Assembly (NCBI GenBank): GCA_030390025.1
Contig: CM059440.1
Location: 58,714,001 to 58,778,000, forward strand
Direction of reading: 5' to 3'
DNA from: Squalus acanthias
Lineage: Eukaryota
DNA: 64,000 nt
Shown here: positions 38,770 to 53,876 of the stretch, piece after piece
Position numbering within the stretch: position 1 is the first letter of the stretch
Layout of the letters: the number at the start of each line of letters is the position of its first letter
Notes under the pieces: generated by a model
Database searches by the model: none
The model's input: only the letters and a program-made list of their open reading frames with translations
What the model was told of the DNA's origin: nothing
Made by a program: the position numbers and the translations under genes

Positions 38770-40030
38770 GCATTTTGGGCACAGAGTATCCACAAGGTCA
38801 CGTGCAATGCATTCAGGTGCAAAGCACCCGACCTGGGAGTGCTTGATGCTGATGTCAACAGAGGGGCTCCTATATTAGATATTAAGCTAGTTGTGGCTGT
38901 TGGAGGCCAGTCATTACAACCCCCAGTACATACTGCCCAAGTTCCTCAGGGAAACGCCTTCACCCCAACTGCTTCATCAATGACCTCAGTCACAAGGTCT
39001 GGAGTGGGGCTGAACGCTGACAATTCCAGTGTTCAGTTCCATTCACAACTCCTTCAATAATGAAGCAGCCAGTGCCAGCCTACAGTAGCACCTCAACAAC
39101 GTGCAGGATGGGCTGACACATGGCAGGTAACATTCGCCACGCAAGTGCTGGATAATTACAATTTTGAACAAGAGACAGCCCATCCCCTTCACTGTCAAGG
39201 ATACCTCCAGCACCATCTTGGCAGTCATCATATACCAGAAGCTGAACTGGACCTGCTGTAGCAACACCATGGCTGTAAAGCAGGACAGAGACTAGGTACA
39301 TGGCGATGACTAGCTCAACACCTGACCCCTCAATGCTTCTCCATCTACAAGGCTCAAGTCAGAGTATGATAAAACACTCATCACTTGCCTGGGTAGGTGC
39401 AGCTGCAACACTCAAGAAGCTCAACAGGATCCAGGACAGAGCAGTTCGCTTAACTAGTGCTTCTGTCTCTGGAATCAATAGTCATCCTCTCCAGCACGAG
39501 TGCACGGTCACTGCAATATATATAATCTACAGGATACACTGCAGCAACTCGCCGTGCTTGCTTTGAGAAGTGGTTGAGGCGAAGAGCATAGATACATTTA
39601 AGGGGACGCTAGATAAGTTCGAGGGAGAAAGGAATTGAAGGATATGTTGATAGGGTTAGGAGAGGTGGGACGAGGCTCGTGTGGAGCATAAACACTGGCA
39701 TAGACCAGTTGAGCCGAATGGCCTGTTCCTGTGCTGTAAATTCTGTGCAACTTTGACAGCACCTCCGCCCCTGCGACCTCTTATGCCAAAGCAACAACGT
39801 CATGCAAACATCATCACATCCAAGTTCCCCTCCAAGTCACACACAATCCTGACTTGGACAGAAATTGCCGTTCCTTCGTCGACGCTGCATCAGTACCCTG
39901 GAATTCCCTATTTAACATCATTGTGGGAGCACCACCACCACAAAGACTGTATTGGTTCATTGAGAAGACCCAACAGCACCTTCCTGGGCAATAAATGCAG
40001 CCTCACCAGTGTTGCCCACATAGAGAATTA
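38770..40030 (+). mobile_element. Old CR1-group LINE RT fragment with a nested younger CR1 3' end at about 39567-39750
   Basis: Degenerate VVAVGGQS..VPQG, FINDL and AWVGAAATLKKLNRIQDRA motifs. Confidence 0.6.
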
Positions 40031-40940
40031 AAAAATTAAAGAAAAATACCATAAAAGGACACAAACCAACCTCAAATGGACAAAAATCTTATTCATTAAA
40101 ACCAAAACACTAAACCAACCAGAAAGCAATTAAAACCCAAATAGGAGCATTATTAGCTACACTCACAGGGAAGACAGCAAGACAAAATGGAAAGGTAAGC
40201 AACATGGGGTGGGGAAGAAGTAATCAAAACTCGTGCTGGTGAGGTGCAAAGCTGAGCAACTGAAGTTACCCGGTCAGAACTCTAAATCAAACCAGTACGA
40301 TTGGGAAGGAGGCAAAATTGATCCTGAGGACATGCTGAAGTAGTAGAGTAGAGACAACCAGGTCTGGCTGAATAAAAGCCTCTCCATAAACCACTGTTCC
40401 AGCAGTCATGCTGCATTAAATCACTGGCATTGTGAACAGGTACAACATTAAGACCTGACCCAGCAAGAATAGGGAGATGGAAAAACAGCTCTGCCCAAGA
40501 ACAGCCCTACAGTTCCAAGATATGTGGAACAAAGTGGTTATATATCTCCTGCATATAACAGATTCCCAAATCCTCACTTTATGAAGCATAATAGATGTAA
40601 AATATACTCCACTCAGAGGCTTAAACTGGTTTAAACATAGCTAAGCAGACAGAATTGGTGGAAATAGCTTTCACCTTCTGAAGTTGAGAACACCAATGCC
40701 AAGAGCAAAATCCCAGAGAATTGAGGGTACCACCTCTCGATTCACTCCAACCCGATATTAAACAAGGCTTTGAAAAGTTTGTCTCTAATAATAGCTCGAG
40801 TGGTAGATTCAAAATACACGTTTTATTTCATTGCATGTTACCAGTGAACAGTATATATATTGGACCAAAACCCAACCATGTCAATGTTTCAGCTAGCACA
40901 CATGTACAGGTTCTTCACCTCTACTCAATATCTGCCTCCA

Positions 40941-41250
40941 GAATCATAGAAAAATTACGACACAAAAGGAAGCCATATCCAGCCTAATCCCACCTTCCAG
41001 CACTAGGTCCGTAGCCCTGTAGGTTACGGCTCTTCACGTGCACATCCAAGTACTTTTTAAATGTGATGAGGGTTTCTGCCTCTACCACCCTTTCGGGCAT
41101 TGAGTTCCAGACCCCCACCACCCCCTGGATGACAATTTTTCCTCATCTCCCCTCTAATCCTTCTACCAACTACTTTAAATCTATGCCCCTGGTTCTTGAC
41201 TCCTCTGTTAAGGTAAATAGGTCCTTCCTATCCATTCTATCTAGGCCCTG
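40941..41250 (-). mobile_element. CR1 3' end fragment (distinct subfamily)
   Basis: agaatcatagaaaa tail; gagttccagacccccaccacc; ctatctaggccc. Confidence 0.7.
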
Positions 41251-44200
41251 CTAGAAACTGCTAGCAAGATAAATGCCTTAAGCAAGCACAGGTATAGTCA
41301 ACTCTGCAAGGAAACAAACCATTACTTTAGGACTAGTTAAGTGGAAGCCATTCCTTCAGCTCTAACATCACCATCTTCATTACCTTCTCACTTACATCAC
41401 TGTGATCACACTCAGTATGCCTACTGAATAACAGTAATTAAAGGGGTTTAAGGCTTATGTATAAATATCTGCCAGGAAGCTAACGGCAGTGAATCAATCC
41501 CAGTATTCTCTCTCTTTGTTCATGCAGTTTATCTCATCATCATCATTTCACTGTCTTGTACCTCATTGTCAGCCAGCAGTTGTCATACTGCATCAGTCAA
41601 GAACTGCACCAGTCAAGATTTCAACTGAAAAAGTAGCTCTCAAATGAGCACAAGTCCGAGCAAACTGTGCTCAGCCGTGGTGAAGTATCCTGTATCAACT
41701 GTCCCGAGACAAAAGTTCGCATTCAACATGAGCTAACTTATGATTCTGTCGCAAGATATCAACTTGGAACAGGACAGATAGCCTTTGTGTTTTACTTAGG
41801 ATTTTCCAATCAGCATTTGCTGTACAGTACACACATTACATCATAAATTTAATGCTATTTCAGTGTCAGTAGAGAAAGTGATACCAGAAACGTGGTCACA
41901 ACAGCTCCTGGGCACAGATGCTATTGAAGTTATTTTCACTTCCTGCGCTTTCCCATAGTAACCTACGAACTGCCACATGGGCAAGCTCTTGGGTTACCTC
42001 CTAACCTCCCTCCTGATTGAACACATTACACACCAACAGCAATGCCACTCACTAGTTGTAGTTCCCAGGATCGCCCACAACCTAGCCACTTGGGAAAGTT
42101 CACTTCCTACCATAACATGCACAAGACCACCGAACTCGTGTCTTTGTGGCACACATAGGTGTGTACTGTTGCGCGCTCAACAGTTATTTATAAAGTTTAA
42201 ATCCACGTTCACATCAATTTACATGTCTCACGTTACTGATAACACACTTTGGTGTTCTGAATTAGGATTTAACCATGAATGAGAACACAGCAACAAAACA
42301 ATCCTCCAGATCCACAAATCAAAGTCAAACCACCAAATAACTGAAGTGCGAACAGGGCTTCTGGGCTTTGCAGGCTGAACTTCCAGGACTCGGGCAGCAT
42401 GCGGCCCCATGACCGGAAGCTGGACATCCCTTTACTACACCATGCGCATTGTATACTATGAGTGTAACCTGGATCAATGTGTTGTAACCACATAAAGAAT
42501 TACAATACAAAAACATTACCTTCATCTATCAGTATTGGTTGTTCACAACGATGTACTGATTCAACAATGTATTGTGTCCACTATGGCAAAGGCAGCAAAT
42601 ACCAGGGAACACAAGTTGAACATTAGGAACATAGGAGCAAGAAGTGAATTTGGGCAACAGAGCTTAGAACAAGTTATCAGCGAAGGCTGTTGGAAGTAGA
42701 TGAATTCCAGAGATAACTGGAGAGAAGGGATTGACTGATGCAGACATGCAGGGCTGACCTCTGCAAAAGGGACATGTTTGTCTAGGAGGTAGCCCTTTTC
42801 CTATTCCTAAAAATCCTTTATGTACTTAAATAATGACAGGGAGCAAATTCTGGTGAAAGGACTGAGAAAACCTGATCACATTGATGGAAATGGAAAACTG
42901 GTTCACTAAACACAAACAATCATGCAGACGAGTTTCACAATTTCCAAAGGGAAATAAGATTTATTTTTAGTATTTCAAGTTTCGTACTTTTCAAAATCCA
43001 CCGACAGCTCAACAGTTCCCATTTTCTTACCTAGTTTGCTTTTAACTGCAGCGTCTGTGAATTCACCCAGGCACTAATATTATTCCGTCGCCTGCATGTG
43101 GACTGAACCCACTCGGTCCACCAACTCAAAGGAGTGCTTATGTTACATGTATACAGGTATTGTTTAACTTACTCCCATCCTTCAGTTTTCAGGTGTGAAC
43201 GTGCAACTCAAAAACTTCCACATGGATTTAATAACTTACATAATTCTTATTCTAGAGTGAAAATACCCAATTGTTTATGATGTCACAGTACTCACTGAAA
43301 TGTCACAGTAGCTTCCTCATGATATCATAAAGCACCTTAACTGCTTTCACAGTGCCTTAAAGGTACAACCATGCCTGGGCTTAAGTGCTGGTTGATGATT
43401 ATGCCACTAATAATCTTTAAACATAATCACATAAAAAATAACTCTCTCCATATTCCAGCACAATGACACTCCAGGTATTGGAGCACAAATATCAGCCAGA
43501 TTCACTCCCCACACCACTCAGTTTCTGAAATGAGATGTGCCAAGTGGAGTCTGCAGCATCACGAATGGGGAGGGGAAAGAGCAGAGAAATCAGATACCCT
43601 GTCTTATTGGTACCTCACAGGCCTCACACACAAGAATGTCCTGGCGTTTTGTCTTCATCGACTTAGCTGCGAGCCATGGCGTCTTGGAGTCCACATATAA
43701 AGTTTAACTCAGTGTTCCCATTAATCTGTCTCAAGTTCCAGATGCTATTGGTATTCTGATTTCGCTTACTTTACCATTGCGACACCAGTTAAGAACAGGC
43801 CCTTTCCAAACTTACAGGTTCATCAGATTGAATCAAGGAAACCAGCAATTATGAAACAGAAGCACAAACAGTAATGAACTGCCTGGTCTTTGTGAGTTGG
43901 ATTGGCAGGGCTCACATAGTAGCAATTGGCTCACAGGCCGTAGTCTACTTACTCCTGTCCAAGCAGCTGGTCATAACAGATATTGAAGTAGTCCTGGAGC
44001 AGGCCACCTGCCACTTACCAGAAGACTTAAGGGCACACCAAGCTCTAATTGAACAGAAGGAAGCTTCAGCACCACGTAATCGGTATCACGCTGCTTTCCA
44101 AGTCATGCTCCGCAACACCACTTTGCATGAGATGGGTATAATGGGATTACTGACACCTCTGTCTATCTGGATTACTCTCAATGCACCACGCAAAACTGTT

Positions 44201-45684
44201 TTCTCAAGTTATAATGGAGCAGATATTCTCCCACTAAAGTCTTTGTGATTGTACTTTGTGGTGGGTGTTTTCCCCCCCATGAATTTGAACATTGTCCAAT
44301 CTGATGTGCGCATTCAGGGATGAGCAGCACGAAAACTCAGCTTCAAGTGGGCCGATCAACTCTGCCTATCCCAGGCCAACAGAGGATTCTTTTGACTCCC
44401 ATTTAATAAACCAGGGCTGAATGGGAATTAAAAACTACAGCATATATTCACAATAATAGGCTAAGTTCATTGAAAACTGCAGTAGAGCCTGGTTATCTTC
44501 AACCACTAGGGTCGATAAAACATTATTTGCAATCAAATTTGATTAGACTGTGTAGAATGTAAAGTATCAAACTTGGATTTATATGCAGCAAGCCATCCAG
44601 GACAATACAAAGATACAAATTAGGATTAAAAACTCTTCTCTCAAGGTACTAGAATTAAGGTTCCCGCCCAAAAAAAGAAACATTCACAAATTCAGATTTA
44701 ATGTAAATTATATACGTTCATGCACATTTTTATAGGCTTGCGCACATTTATAATCAGCAATCCTTTTCAAATGTGCAATATTTATACTGATGTCATTCAG
44801 TATCACATCAGAAATACTGAATATAGACACCATCTGGCGTCACCCTGGGGCCAGGAGTAGAGGTTCCACAAAATGGCATCTGAAGCAATGCAGGAGTTAA
44901 TGGAGGCCTGCTGGGTGGAGGTGCTGTATGGTTGTAATGAGAACTTGTGGTTTTACATCATTTTTGCAGGGCTTAGTGTTATGTGCAAATAAATACAGTC
45001 TGTTGCATAAAACACATTTTTGCTGGATTTGGTTTTTTTTTAAAAAACCATCTTTTATCACAGGTTTGATTTGCAAAGTAAGCTTTAATCCTTGCTTTAG
45101 TCCCCATTATTGGATTTAAGTTAACGGAAAACAAATGTCTTCTAAGCTCATTTTCTAGATTACTGGCATCTTTTAATAAATCACCTATTTTATCCTGAAG
45201 TTTGGCAGCTAAAGGTCAATTCTTCATGACCAACAATTAATTGAGGTTTGCTGTCAGGAACAGTCATTACTTACAGTAAGTATCCTCCTAATTACACTGT
45301 TCAACACTCAACAAAAGTCTCCATCTTCATCTTGTTGATTTTTCCAATCAAACCCCAACAGTTAAAACTCGTTTTAAGATTTCTCAACCACATCCCAAAA
45401 TCTTTTTATACTCAGCAAACAACATGAGAAACCCCTTCAGAGTTTTCAGATCCTGTGATAACTAACGGCATTGTCGAAGCTGTATTTGTAACAAAAAAAA
45501 GCTTGTTTCAACACATTCTGGTTTATATTATAAGACTGTTGGAAACCCTCAAAAGCTTCAGTGCCAACAGTTCTGTGCCATTTTACTTTTGTTTATACTG
45601 GCTGTGATCTTGTTCCCCTACAGTCAGCACTAAAGCAACCAGAATAAAGTTCAAAAGCTTTGAAATGTAAACAAGAGAAGGGAG

Positions 45685-45855
45685 CAGGCTGATCAGTAAT
45701 GAAAGAGAGAAAACATAGGTTTGTGCTTCAGGTGTAACGTTGCATGGCAATAGGTAACACGCAAACCGTTAACCCACCTTTTGCTCTCCAAGGTGCGAAT
45801 TGATCTGCTGTGCACTGCTCGCATTTTCTGGTTCGATATCAGATTTCCAGCATTC
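45685..45855 (+). mobile_element. Very degenerate Penelope-derived palindromic element
   Basis: cgttaacc...gatctgctg...gcattttctg...tcagatttccagcat resembles the right half of the 17671 element. Confidence 0.4.
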
Positions 45856-48800
45856 AATGGCTCTGAAGCTGAATTGCTATGCATCGACTGTGGCATTGCT
45901 GTCGCGTATAAAACTGAGGCCAGGCCACACGCCCATGCTCCTCTGTCTGCCCGAGCCTGTTGCTATGTCTATTCTCACTCTATTGTCCCTACTGCCGCTA
46001 CTTTTGTCTAGTTCATTTTCCCGGCGTAACAGAAGTGTAAAAATCACTGGCAAATGCTCTACCAAAACAGCACGACTAGAGGGTCAGTATTGCCACAGTA
46101 AGACCAGTAATGATGCAGGATTGCATTAATTCCAATGTACCGTTCAGTGCTACACAACTCCCAATTGCACCTGGAAAAAAGCGAGTTGCATTAACTAATT
46201 TCGGGGCGGATTATAAGCCAGTGTAAGAGCTGAATGCACAGCACACGAATGCTCCAAACTCAAAGCACCACCTGTCTGTGAAACGTCCCCATTTACACTA
46301 GGCACGATGCAAGGGTGGGTTTGCCAACAGAATGGAGAAGGAAAACAAGTATGGTCGTGAGCAAAATACAACCACTACCTGCCCACAACAGGCCCTGGAG
46401 CGCAGTGTTAGTGGTACTTGCCTTTAATTGGGCTGCTCTTCGCACCATTGTAAAATGAAACTGGAAAAAAAGTAAAAAAATGCATTTTGAAAAACTGCCT
46501 AAGCTCAGGGCATGTTAGATGCGTGCACAAGCATGCTGGTAAATGCATAGTGTAAAAGATGTTCTTCAGCTCGATTCCACTATGCTGCGAATAGGGCCAG
46601 AGTAAAGGTATGTGCAACTGGGGAGGGCTCGAAAACAACAGCTACGTGCTGGCCAGTTTTTTTTTCTGCCGTGTATACTGCCCGTTAAGAAATGGTGGGT
46701 TCATCAGCAGGTGGCGCCTCCAATCAGAGCAGGAAGCGGAGAGGCAGGCAGCAGTGTTCGACCAACACAAACGCAGGATCACTGCTAACCAGCACCCTGC
46801 GTGCCACATGTTTTGCATTTAATATAAAATCGGAAAGAGGAGTTTATTTATCCTGAACTCAACTAATAATGTTTACCATTCCAAATTATACTTCTCTTTT
46901 ATCACTATTTTCCTTCTCGCAACATCCTCAAAAATCAACATCAATCACACTGGAACTCAATCCTAGAACCGTAAAACTTTTAGCATCTAAACTTCTGCCT
47001 GCAATCTACAAGATTTTAAACGCCAAGCTTGAAGTCATCCAACGGCCACTTGCTGATTTACTTCATTTCCTCCTTTACGCTTTTCAATCTTGGCATTACC
47101 CTGCAAAAGGGACTTTGGCCCTACACCTTGATTTGTCAATTTAAAAGAAACAGACTATGAATGAAGTGCTTCATGCAAAGCTGAAGCTAAAAGACCAAGA
47201 AGCCCGTTATTCTATTATGGTCATTTTTACTCCCTTCCACAGCTTGGTTCCTAAGTCGCCAAAGTAGTTCCAGCAATTAGGTCACCAGCACAACGGCAAA
47301 ATGGTCTAGAATGTTCTCAAGGTTCAGTTACAGAGCGGGAAACAATTACATCACAATTTATTAAGACTGCACTATCTTTTTTCATCTGAGCGCCAAACTA
47401 TCTAAGATAAAGCATACATGCAAACTTTTTTTGTTTATAGTTAGGTGATGACCTTCCCTTAAGTTCCCCCCACCACATATCCATGCTCCTCAATCTCCCC
47501 CAACTTTGTATGTGTGCAGATTTGTCACAGGCATAGTTAAGTCAAGATGCCTCTTATGAATTATTCTCAGCACATCTGGTCCCACCATTACTTAACTAAC
47601 CTGAAATGTCCAGCACTTATACAACCCAAGTTTTGGAGAACAAAATCTACAATGGTACAGTACAGTTACCACAACAGATGTAGATACAAGGCAAACATTT
47701 TGCATGGCCACCAATACAATTTTCTGAAATCCTTGAGACAGCATTGGATGCACAGAATGAGTGACGATTTCCTCTCTACTCACATAAGATTGGGAACTCC
47801 CTATGTAGCAGTCAACAGTGCAGTTTATTGGACTTCCACTGGGGCAGTGTTTACCACACAGCCTCAATCTTTTCTGGTATGTGGGCAGACAAAGCTGAAA
47901 CTGCCCAATAAGACAGACACCCAACAGGATGTGTGTTTCCAGCATTAACAATCCCTCAATAGCTTGTTTGGTAAAGGAACTGCCTGGGCCACACAGATCG
48001 AGAAGGTGCCAAGGTCAAGCCCTGGTCTCTGCTGATATCACTACAATTAGCCTAAACAGTCAAGGGCCAGCGAGATAAACAAGAATCAGATCAGGGATCC
48101 CACTTTTAATCCATATTTACCAGATCCTGCTGGAAAGGGTTGAACTGAAGTAGGGACAAGTTCGAGCTTGGCAGTGATGCCTCCACATTGGTATAGTCTA
48201 TCCATACTTACTAGCTAGCCTCACACGTGAAGAATGACCACTTAGACATCCTGAAAGGTGGCCAGCAAAAACACACGAGCCTGAAAAAGGGTATTGTAGG
48301 CCATTTTCATTGTTAACAAGCTACAGTATTTTATTCACTAAAGTCTAACTTGGAACAGACTGGGCATTCACATGTAGTGGGTGCCCATAAAACGGTCATA
48401 AATAACGAGGACAATGAATTACTCTGATTGCTCAGAATAAAATCTACCACCTCAACCTCAGAACGTGGGCCGCTGACGCTGGCTATTTGGATCAAGTTAG
48501 TATAAACTTCAGCTCATGAAAATCTCTAGTCCTGTTATTTTCTGCTGGAGAGGAAAACTAACATTCTGATTCAAATTGAATGCAGTCTCTGCTAGGGTGC
48601 CAAGTGTACTCAAGTCATCTATGGCAAGGTATCTGTACCAACACTTATCTGATTTCCACTGGGATCCAGCTTGACATTCAGGTCAATATCTCTGCTGAAG
48701 CAAACATTAGCAAAGAAACAGCAAATGTTTTGGTATATATTGATGTATAAAAGACCCAATTTATGGCCAGGAAAACATTATGATTTGCCTGCATATTTTT

Positions 48801-50616
48801 TCTATAATTCTGGAAAGAGGAAATTATTTGATCCGAAGAGCAACCCAATTTCATCAAATGGATTACAACCACAATACTTCAGTGAACAGAAATGATCTGA
48901 ACATAAAAATGTCTGATTGCAATTGATAAACAAGAACATTTTATCTGCCAATTACTGTTAAAGGAGAAATAGTCATCTTATGACTTCTTAAGCATAGGGT
49001 AAACAGGGAGGGGACCTGCATAGCAAATCTTGCCAGCAACAAATCTTGTGATTTTTTTTTAAAATAAGATTTAATAGCAGTCACATACAGCTTCTTTTCA
49101 AGCATTATCTCTCTCATACTTCACTTATACCACAGGTATTGGTTTTGACACCAGTACATCCACAAAGGGCAGTGAGAGTGGGTAGCAAGGACCTAAGCAA
49201 AGTGAAGCTCTAAGCATGTAAACACTTGTACAAACAGCTGCTCACTGGCGATGCAATGTCAGTGATTTCTTCCACTTTTTCCAGTGCCCCTCCATGCTGC
49301 CCCAAGGAGCTAATGCCTTTAGGGGGGCTGTTCTATGGGAGCTGAATGCCCTCTGGCACCTCACACGGAAATCTATACGGTGTCGGCAGGCTGTTCAACG
49401 ACAGGGGCATCACACATCACAGCCGACTCAGAGTTGGACTTCATCCAATGCCTACACCCACACACGCGCACTTCCAACAGTGGTTGCTGGACAGTGAACA
49501 GCAGCAGCAGGACCCTGGCCAATTTTCCATTTTCTTCTTCCTACCCCACAAGTGCGGAGGCCAATTGTGGTGACCCTACTACCAGACTCGGCCAACTCAG
49601 CACAGATCAGGGATTGAATTCAGGACCTTCCTGGTGTGCACTCAGTTGCTCAGTGCTTTCACCAACTAAGACTTCAGGAAAAGCCAGGCTGGTGATTTTG
49701 TGTCAGTAAACAGCAGGTTGCCCTCTCAACTCTTCTTCAACCCTAGATGGGGCGTACCTATGGGGCTAACTGCCAGCTGAGGAACACTTCCAGCTTCTCT
49801 GTGAATAAAGACAGCTCTTTGTCCAGTCGTGTCTATGCATGCATTCAATCCCAATGCTGATGAAGAAAACCTGACTCATTCTGTAGGCAATTGACACCAT
49901 TAGTGACAGTCCGACTGGAGTAAATCTACTCATCAGATAATGGGCATTTTTATAGTGTTCTTCAGCCGCTGGCTCCCTCAACTGACTAATACAATATGAT
50001 CTGCTAAATTTCTCTTTGTAGCGGTGGCATTGGTGACACGTTTACCACAGCATCTCATGGAACAATGTACCCAGGGCCACTCAAGAGTTGTTTCCTTTGA
50101 AGGCCATCAACAGCAGTGCACACAGAAAAAAAGCTAGGTGACTTAATCATCAGAATGCACCTGGCATCTTTCATAAGTTCTTAACTATGTGCAGCATGTT
50201 ATCAGAGAGAAGCAGCCCAAATTCCTCATCAGTAATTTCAATGATCAATGGAGTACTTGACTGAAACAGCTAGTTAAGGCAGCTCTGATCAGGATTACTT
50301 GCCAGTGACCTAGATGGAATTAAAGCAACAAATATTTCAAATGCAACAGATTACAAGGTAATTGGTAAATGCTTGCTCGCAGTTTTCACTGATCTTACAC
50401 TGGACTGGGACGTACTCCAATCCATTGGTGCAACCGCCAGATAGTTATTCAGTCATTCCCTTTGGCATAAAAATGTTAGTTATTAATATGCAGCTGAAGA
50501 ATTTTTGTCAGGTCTTCCCCGATGGCTCAGTTGGTAAAGCTAATGTGTAATGAAGGCGTACTGACCAGGTAAATTCAATTGTAAGTTTTCGATCCGGGGT
50601 TTTTGCCATCAGCTGA

Positions 50617-50654
<38 letters not shown>

Positions 50655-50668
50655 CACACACACACACA
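50617..50668. repeat. (CA)n microsatellite, interrupted once
   Basis: Direct reading. Confidence 0.95.
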
Positions 50669-52459
50669 CGGCTGAAATAAAACACACATTTCCAAAGGAA
50701 TATTAAATGCTGTCCAAACATAAATGAGTGGCTTCCTTCATCAACATTAGATCTGTTTTATCTGGCTCAGATCCTGCTGCTGCTGCAAGACCTCACAGCA
50801 CACAAGATATTATTATACTGAATGTGAAGTTTTACGCCCGCTCGGAGTCTGCAAGCAGCACCTGGGTTCTCAGCATTTACAGCTTCATTTCAATGTAAAA
50901 CAATGTATTTGTATCTTGAAATTAGTTGCCATAATGTGCGTGTGGAGGAGGATTTGACCATTATTCATTCATTTGTACCAATACCCAAACAAACAGCAAC
51001 ATTTTAAGCCCGGAGGTCTGTTGCAGACACAATCTACCTGCGGCCTGCACCGAATGAAAAAAATCCACACTAGCCTTTCTTTTGCAAAAATCGGTGGAAC
51101 TGTTATTGCCACATCTCGGTTATTCACTGCAACCAGCGCTCATCTGGTGCAGCCACAGGCGGAAGCAAATTAAAATCTGAGGCTGTTCGATGATATAAAG
51201 CAAATGGGAAATCAGAGCAATCTTCTTCACCTGCTTTTCTCAATCAGGTGGAAAAACATTAAGCGAACTTTTCATGATACATCTATTCTGGAAAAAACAA
51301 CCATCGCCAGCATTTACACAATTTAGACAAGTCTATCGAAGTAAAAGTCTTGTGTATTGCATGCCATATATTAAATCTATCGAAAAAAATCAAAAATCAA
51401 GTTTTTCTCATTGGCTCAAATAACCAACTTAAGCATACTGATTTGCTAAAGTTTATTTAAAGGCAGCAATTTCAAACAATCACTACATCTACTTTTTTTG
51501 TGCTTCCTGCCACCACTTACTTCTGACCCAGTTGAGTATATAGCTGTATAAACATTTACTAGATAAGCACATAAAAACATTATAATCCCTCTTAAAAATC
51601 ACAAAGTCGCCCATATTTTTTGGTGGGAGAATGAAAAAGTATCAGCTCTTTTCATACATATACTCCCCCAGAATGGCAGAATAATACATCAAGTTATCGT
51701 ATTCTACAAGCTTACTTTCAAGTAAGTTTGAATATCTTGATAACCAATTTGATGGTTTCTGTTGAAATGTGTGAAATTAATGTATCTATTTAATAAACCT
51801 AATTTCTCCTCTCTATTCTGAAGGTGATTTCCCACGAGGCACTACATGGGCTGGGTGTCCTCCAGCATCTGTCAAGTGGCCATTTTTAATGAGTGTAGCA
51901 TCACAACTGAACCTCGTCCTGTCCTCATCCAACAGCCACAAGTGGAGTCCCCAACAATCAGCAGCTAACAATCGAGTGCAGCAACCCGAGCTGATTTTCT
52001 CCGAGATTGGGGTTGCCAAGACCAATCAACAAACATCAATTCTAGCTCAGATTAGATAATTCAGCACGACAGGAATTGTAGCTGGCACCCCCTCGCTTTA
52101 TACTGACTAAAGCAAGTGAGCTGGCAGAGAGCTAAGTGCACAATGGTATATTCATGTACATCACGAGTTTGACAGGGCAAAGGATCCTGGCTGCAATTCC
52201 CCAACCTCTCCCCAGGACATCGGGGGAGAAACACGGACCAGAAGCCAGGCATTTCTGCCTAATGAAGAGAGGTTGCCTCCTCTCAACTTGTGTGTAAAGA
52301 CACAATTTTCTCTTTCTTTTCTATGCAGTTTAAGACCACCATCGTTATTGAGATTACAAGTGATTGGCATAATTTAATACAACCAAACAGATCACCAAGA
52401 CCAGAAGTCCAAAACAATAAATCACCAAAGGGGGAGACCTAGGCTTCCTGGTACATACA

Positions 52460-52640
52460 AGTGTCCGATTATTTGGTCATTGGCACAATGCTGTTTTGTG
52501 GGAGCTTGCCGTGCGCAAATTGGCTGCAGTGTTCCCTACATTACAACAGTGACTACACTTCAAAGAGTACTTCATTGGCTGTAAAACGCTTTGGGATGTC
52601 CCGAGGTCATGAAAGGCGCTATGTAATAGCAAGTCTGTCT
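52460..52640 (+). mobile_element. Deu-type SINE 3' half
   Basis: tgtgggagcttgc...gtgactacacttcaaa...gaaaggcgctat. Confidence 0.7.
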
Positions 52641-53876
52641 TCCAAATGGCACACTGACTGGCCTATCCAGACACAAATGAGCAGGGTTCATGCATGACTA
52701 ATTTTGTAGGGGTGACTAAAAACTCGGTCAAAGAGGCAGGTCTTAAATGAGGAGAGCGAGGTGTAGAGGTTTAGGGAAGGAATTCCTCCTTCAACCTCGG
52801 CAGTGAGAATCAGCAGCATATTCGACGATGCAAGGTATCACAGGTGAGTCCAATCTTGTCCTCAACTGACACCCAACTACAAGCATTTTCTGCAAAAGTC
52901 ACTAGGTATCAATTAGCAACAAGAATCCCAGCAATTCTCTCCTCCTTCACCCAGGGATACCCGAGTCAGTTAAATCGACTACATAACAAGGGATTTAACC
53001 TGGAACCTAAAAAGAGATCCATACACAAATCAGACAGATAGCCATGGAGAAAATGTGTGCAGTAATTCAGAGATGGCGAGGCCAAAGCGAAGGCTAGGGC
53101 TGAATTAAGAAGATTTTTCTCAGAGTGAGGGAAGGGGGCAACCTAGATTCCGGGGAAAAGATTAAAAGGAAAACTTAGGCATTACTTGAGCTGAAAATTG
53201 CTAATGTGGAGTAACCCACTTTTGAGAAACAAATAGGCCATACTGAGTGCAATATACCACAAGAACGTTATCCAAAAGAACCGCCACTTCAGGTCAAAGG
53301 GAACCCGGGGATAAACAACCACAAGTCTGTTGATTTCACATTGCGCTGAACCAAATAAGCCAAGACTTTAACAGCCTGAAAGCTGCTTTGGTAACCGTCG
53401 TTTCACTTCAGCTCTTTTCCCCAGCATCAGCCCTCTCCGGTCTTGCACATCAACTGGTCATCCAGTTCTGTGAAATGACTCCCGATTCAATACTAGCTTT
53501 TCCCTTGAGTTAGAGAATTTTCGGCGACTTTGTCGAGTTTGCTCCTTTGTTATTCTGCTTGTAGAGCTCTCAGGAACAGAGACGGGATGAGATCGTAAAG
53601 CACCGCTGCATTAAAGGAATTACTCTCCATCCTTTTTTTCCCATTCCTCTTTCTCCTTAAAAAAAATAATCACTGAGTAAGGAGATGGGGTGGGAGAAAT
53701 TTATTTACACGGAGGGCTGTTGGAGCATGGAATATTTTGCCACAGGAAGTGGTTACGGCAGAGGTTATTGCATCTTTTACAGGAAGACTGGTTAAATATT
53801 AAAAGCAGAGGAAAATACAGGATTATGGACAGAGAGTGAGGCAGTGGGATTAGTTCTTGCATTGCTCCAGTAGAAA

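Noticed and set aside
42228-47951. ORFs at 42228-42525, 43874-44248 and 47547-47951 as transposase remnants or nested genes
   Set aside because: No convincing motifs or splice structure could be recognised by eye
50761-50775. tctggctcag, matching the SNORD103 3' end
   Set aside because: No box C or 5' stem partner at the expected distance
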